From Yuukianura sp. NJ FZ-2021 (lineage: Eukaryota): a stretch of 64,000 nt of DNA. Made by a program: the position numbers and the translations under genes. Location: NCBI GenBank assembly GCA_046563655.1, contig CM102290.1, forward strand, positions 11,780,001 to 11,844,000, given 5' to 3'. The notes beneath the pieces are model-generated. The model saw nothing but the letters and a program-made list of their open reading frames with translations, was not told the DNA's origin and searched no databases. Within the stretch, counting starts at the first letter, position 1. Every line of letters starts with the position of its first letter. This document shows, piece by piece, positions 62,101 to 64,000 of the stretch.

Positions 62101-64000
62101 CCGTCCGGACATAAGTTTGTCCAGAAAACTTGGACATAAAAGTGTCTGTACAGATTTGATGTGTACAGAAGTAAGGTTAGGTCGTGCATGAATGTCCGTC
62201 CAAGGGACTCCGGTTACGCAGTGGACAAAAAGACAAATGAAAAAGTTTATGGTCCTGTCTGCCTCTGGACTTGGAATTTGTGTCCAACTGTAGTGAAAGT
62301 AATCAGAAGTGGATTAAAGTACACAATTTGAAGTTGGTTCTAAAAGTGTATAGGTGGGGTCATGAACTTGGAGAGGTCATTAATGACCTCCCCTTCCAGA
62401 AATTCCTACTGGAAATGTTACTGCGACCTTCCAGGAAGGAAGGTGAGTGGGGGATGTTGATGAGATCGTTTGGGTGCATGGAGTAATCATGATTCGACTA
62501 CTGGAAATCTTCTAACTTCTACCTTCTTGTTTTCTTTCCATCATAAAGTTCAATTAGAACATCGAAGTTGTACTGCAGCTACAACAGTAATGACTACAAT
62601 TGGAGCTGCAACAGTGTCTTAGGTCCAGAAGGGACTTTTGTATGCATGGGTGCAAACAGTGTGCTTTTAGAAATAGTAAGGAAAGTTGCGGGTTTGTCAT
62701 CAAAAACACGCTTTTAAGCGACATGTTTTGTAGAAATGCCAGAACATCTATTATTACTTCTATTTTTTTTTCATTTTCCCGCTCACATGTCAAATTTTCC
62801 AACTCAAGACAATGCAAGGTTTTTAATCCAAATTTTACATTTGGCGAAAATTTATTTTCCCAGCAAATTTACAGTACGCGGAAAATTTTGTGTCCAGAAG
62901 GTAAATTTTATCCTCCGCAAAAAAATTATCATTCCATTTTTGGGATGATCGGAATTTAAAATTGCGAAAATTTTATAGTAATTAAAATCAAATTAATTAA
63001 GGTTAATGCATCTTAAAGTGCAGTTAAAGCTAAGTTGGCTATAAAAGAAACATTTTTTTATTGTTGTAACCAAACTTGCACATTGATTTTGCATGCTTAT
63101 AATTTTCATCGTTAAATTTTTGAATTGTCGAAAACTCCTCCGCACAACACTCCACTTATGGAACCGTTGCCAATTTATTTTGAAAAAAAAAATTTGTTGC
63201 CTGAAATGTTTTTGTTTTTATTGAGCGTCTTTTTGGTTTATGGCAAGAGCAGTTTTATGATTTTGTTTCATTTTTCAAAAAAAAAATTACGCCAAACGTT
63301 GGCTTTTCAGAACTTTATGATCAAAATATATTTGAAAATGTTGGTTAGCTTGTAACGGCCAAATTTCGCTTTTTCTTTGAAACTTTGATAACTTTTGTTT
63401 TAGTTCTATGAGTCGTGGTTGAAATTTTTCTTTGAAATGCTAAATATGGGTATTGAAAAAAACAATGTTGTTGATTTACGCTGGTCATTGATTGGACTTT
63501 GTCTTTGCTCAGAAATTGAAAGTATGAAAGGTTTCTTTCGATTTGTCTAAATGACAGCAGAAATATACGGTTTCCCCTCTACTGCTTTTCTTTTGGCTGA
63601 AATGACCTTAGTGTTGCCCACTATTTTCTTTTTCTTGCCCATTTATGGACTTTGTTTTGTCCATATTTGGACACAACTTCCAACCAGGCCATCTTCATCA
63701 TCTTCTCATCGGATTCATCAGATCTACTCCAATGGACCACTTTCCAGTAGTTACAACCTGCAACAGGAAGCTCATGAACGGAAACTGGTGAACCTGAGTT
63801 GTTAGACGTAACCTTTGTGGACGGGAATAATTTTATGGACGGTTTGTGAACCAATGTACTAATGAATGTATTTTTAGACGTTCTATAAAACGATGCACTA
63901 ATGGACGTATTTTGGACGGATATAAACTTTATGTACTGAAGACAATGGTACATAGCTAATTGATGAAATTTTTATGTTAGGTTAGACAATGTGCCCATTT

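Noticed and set aside
60383..63953. Minus-strand ORFs at 60553-60786, 61044-61439, 62554-62817 and 63621-63794 as exons or a pogo transposase relic (RGAGRK)
   Set aside because: I could not join them into a phase-consistent model or recognise a domain. Unresolved rather than disproven; BLASTX and RNA-seq are needed.

Overview
AT-rich, gene-dense eukaryotic (metazoan, most likely arthropod) genomic DNA with GT-AG introns; no prokaryotic, viral or CRISPR content. Nine intron-containing genes were assembled by hand from splice signals and reading-frame phase. In order: Lap1/Erbin-type LRR+PDZ gene (+), Aub/Piwi-clade PIWI with an intact DEDH slicer tetrad (+), sphingosine kinase (-), MED15 (+), DRG1/128up GTPase (-), an orphan 257-aa two-dsRBD protein whose second domain resembles Pasha/DGCR8 (-), WSB1-like WD40/SOCS-box gene (+), a 137-aa secreted Pro/Ala-rich cuticle-like protein (-), and a TWiK/TRESK-like K2P channel (+) hosting an intronic tRNA-Thr(CGT). 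There is also a probable terminal exon at the left edge and a small hAT-type MITE near the right edge. The main leads are: (1) the dsRBD-only, Pasha-like protein about 12.5 kb from the piwi gene; (2) the regulatory architecture of piwi (4x50-bp promoter array, repeated 5' leader motif, Pumilio/Musashi-type 3' UTR sites, and a duplicated downstream hairpin with Su(H) paired-site geometry); (3) recurrent E2F/CHR composite sites and paired AGGTCA nuclear-receptor half-sites across the window. All homology calls come from motif recognition by eye and no searches were run. Gene models are unconfirmed by transcripts.
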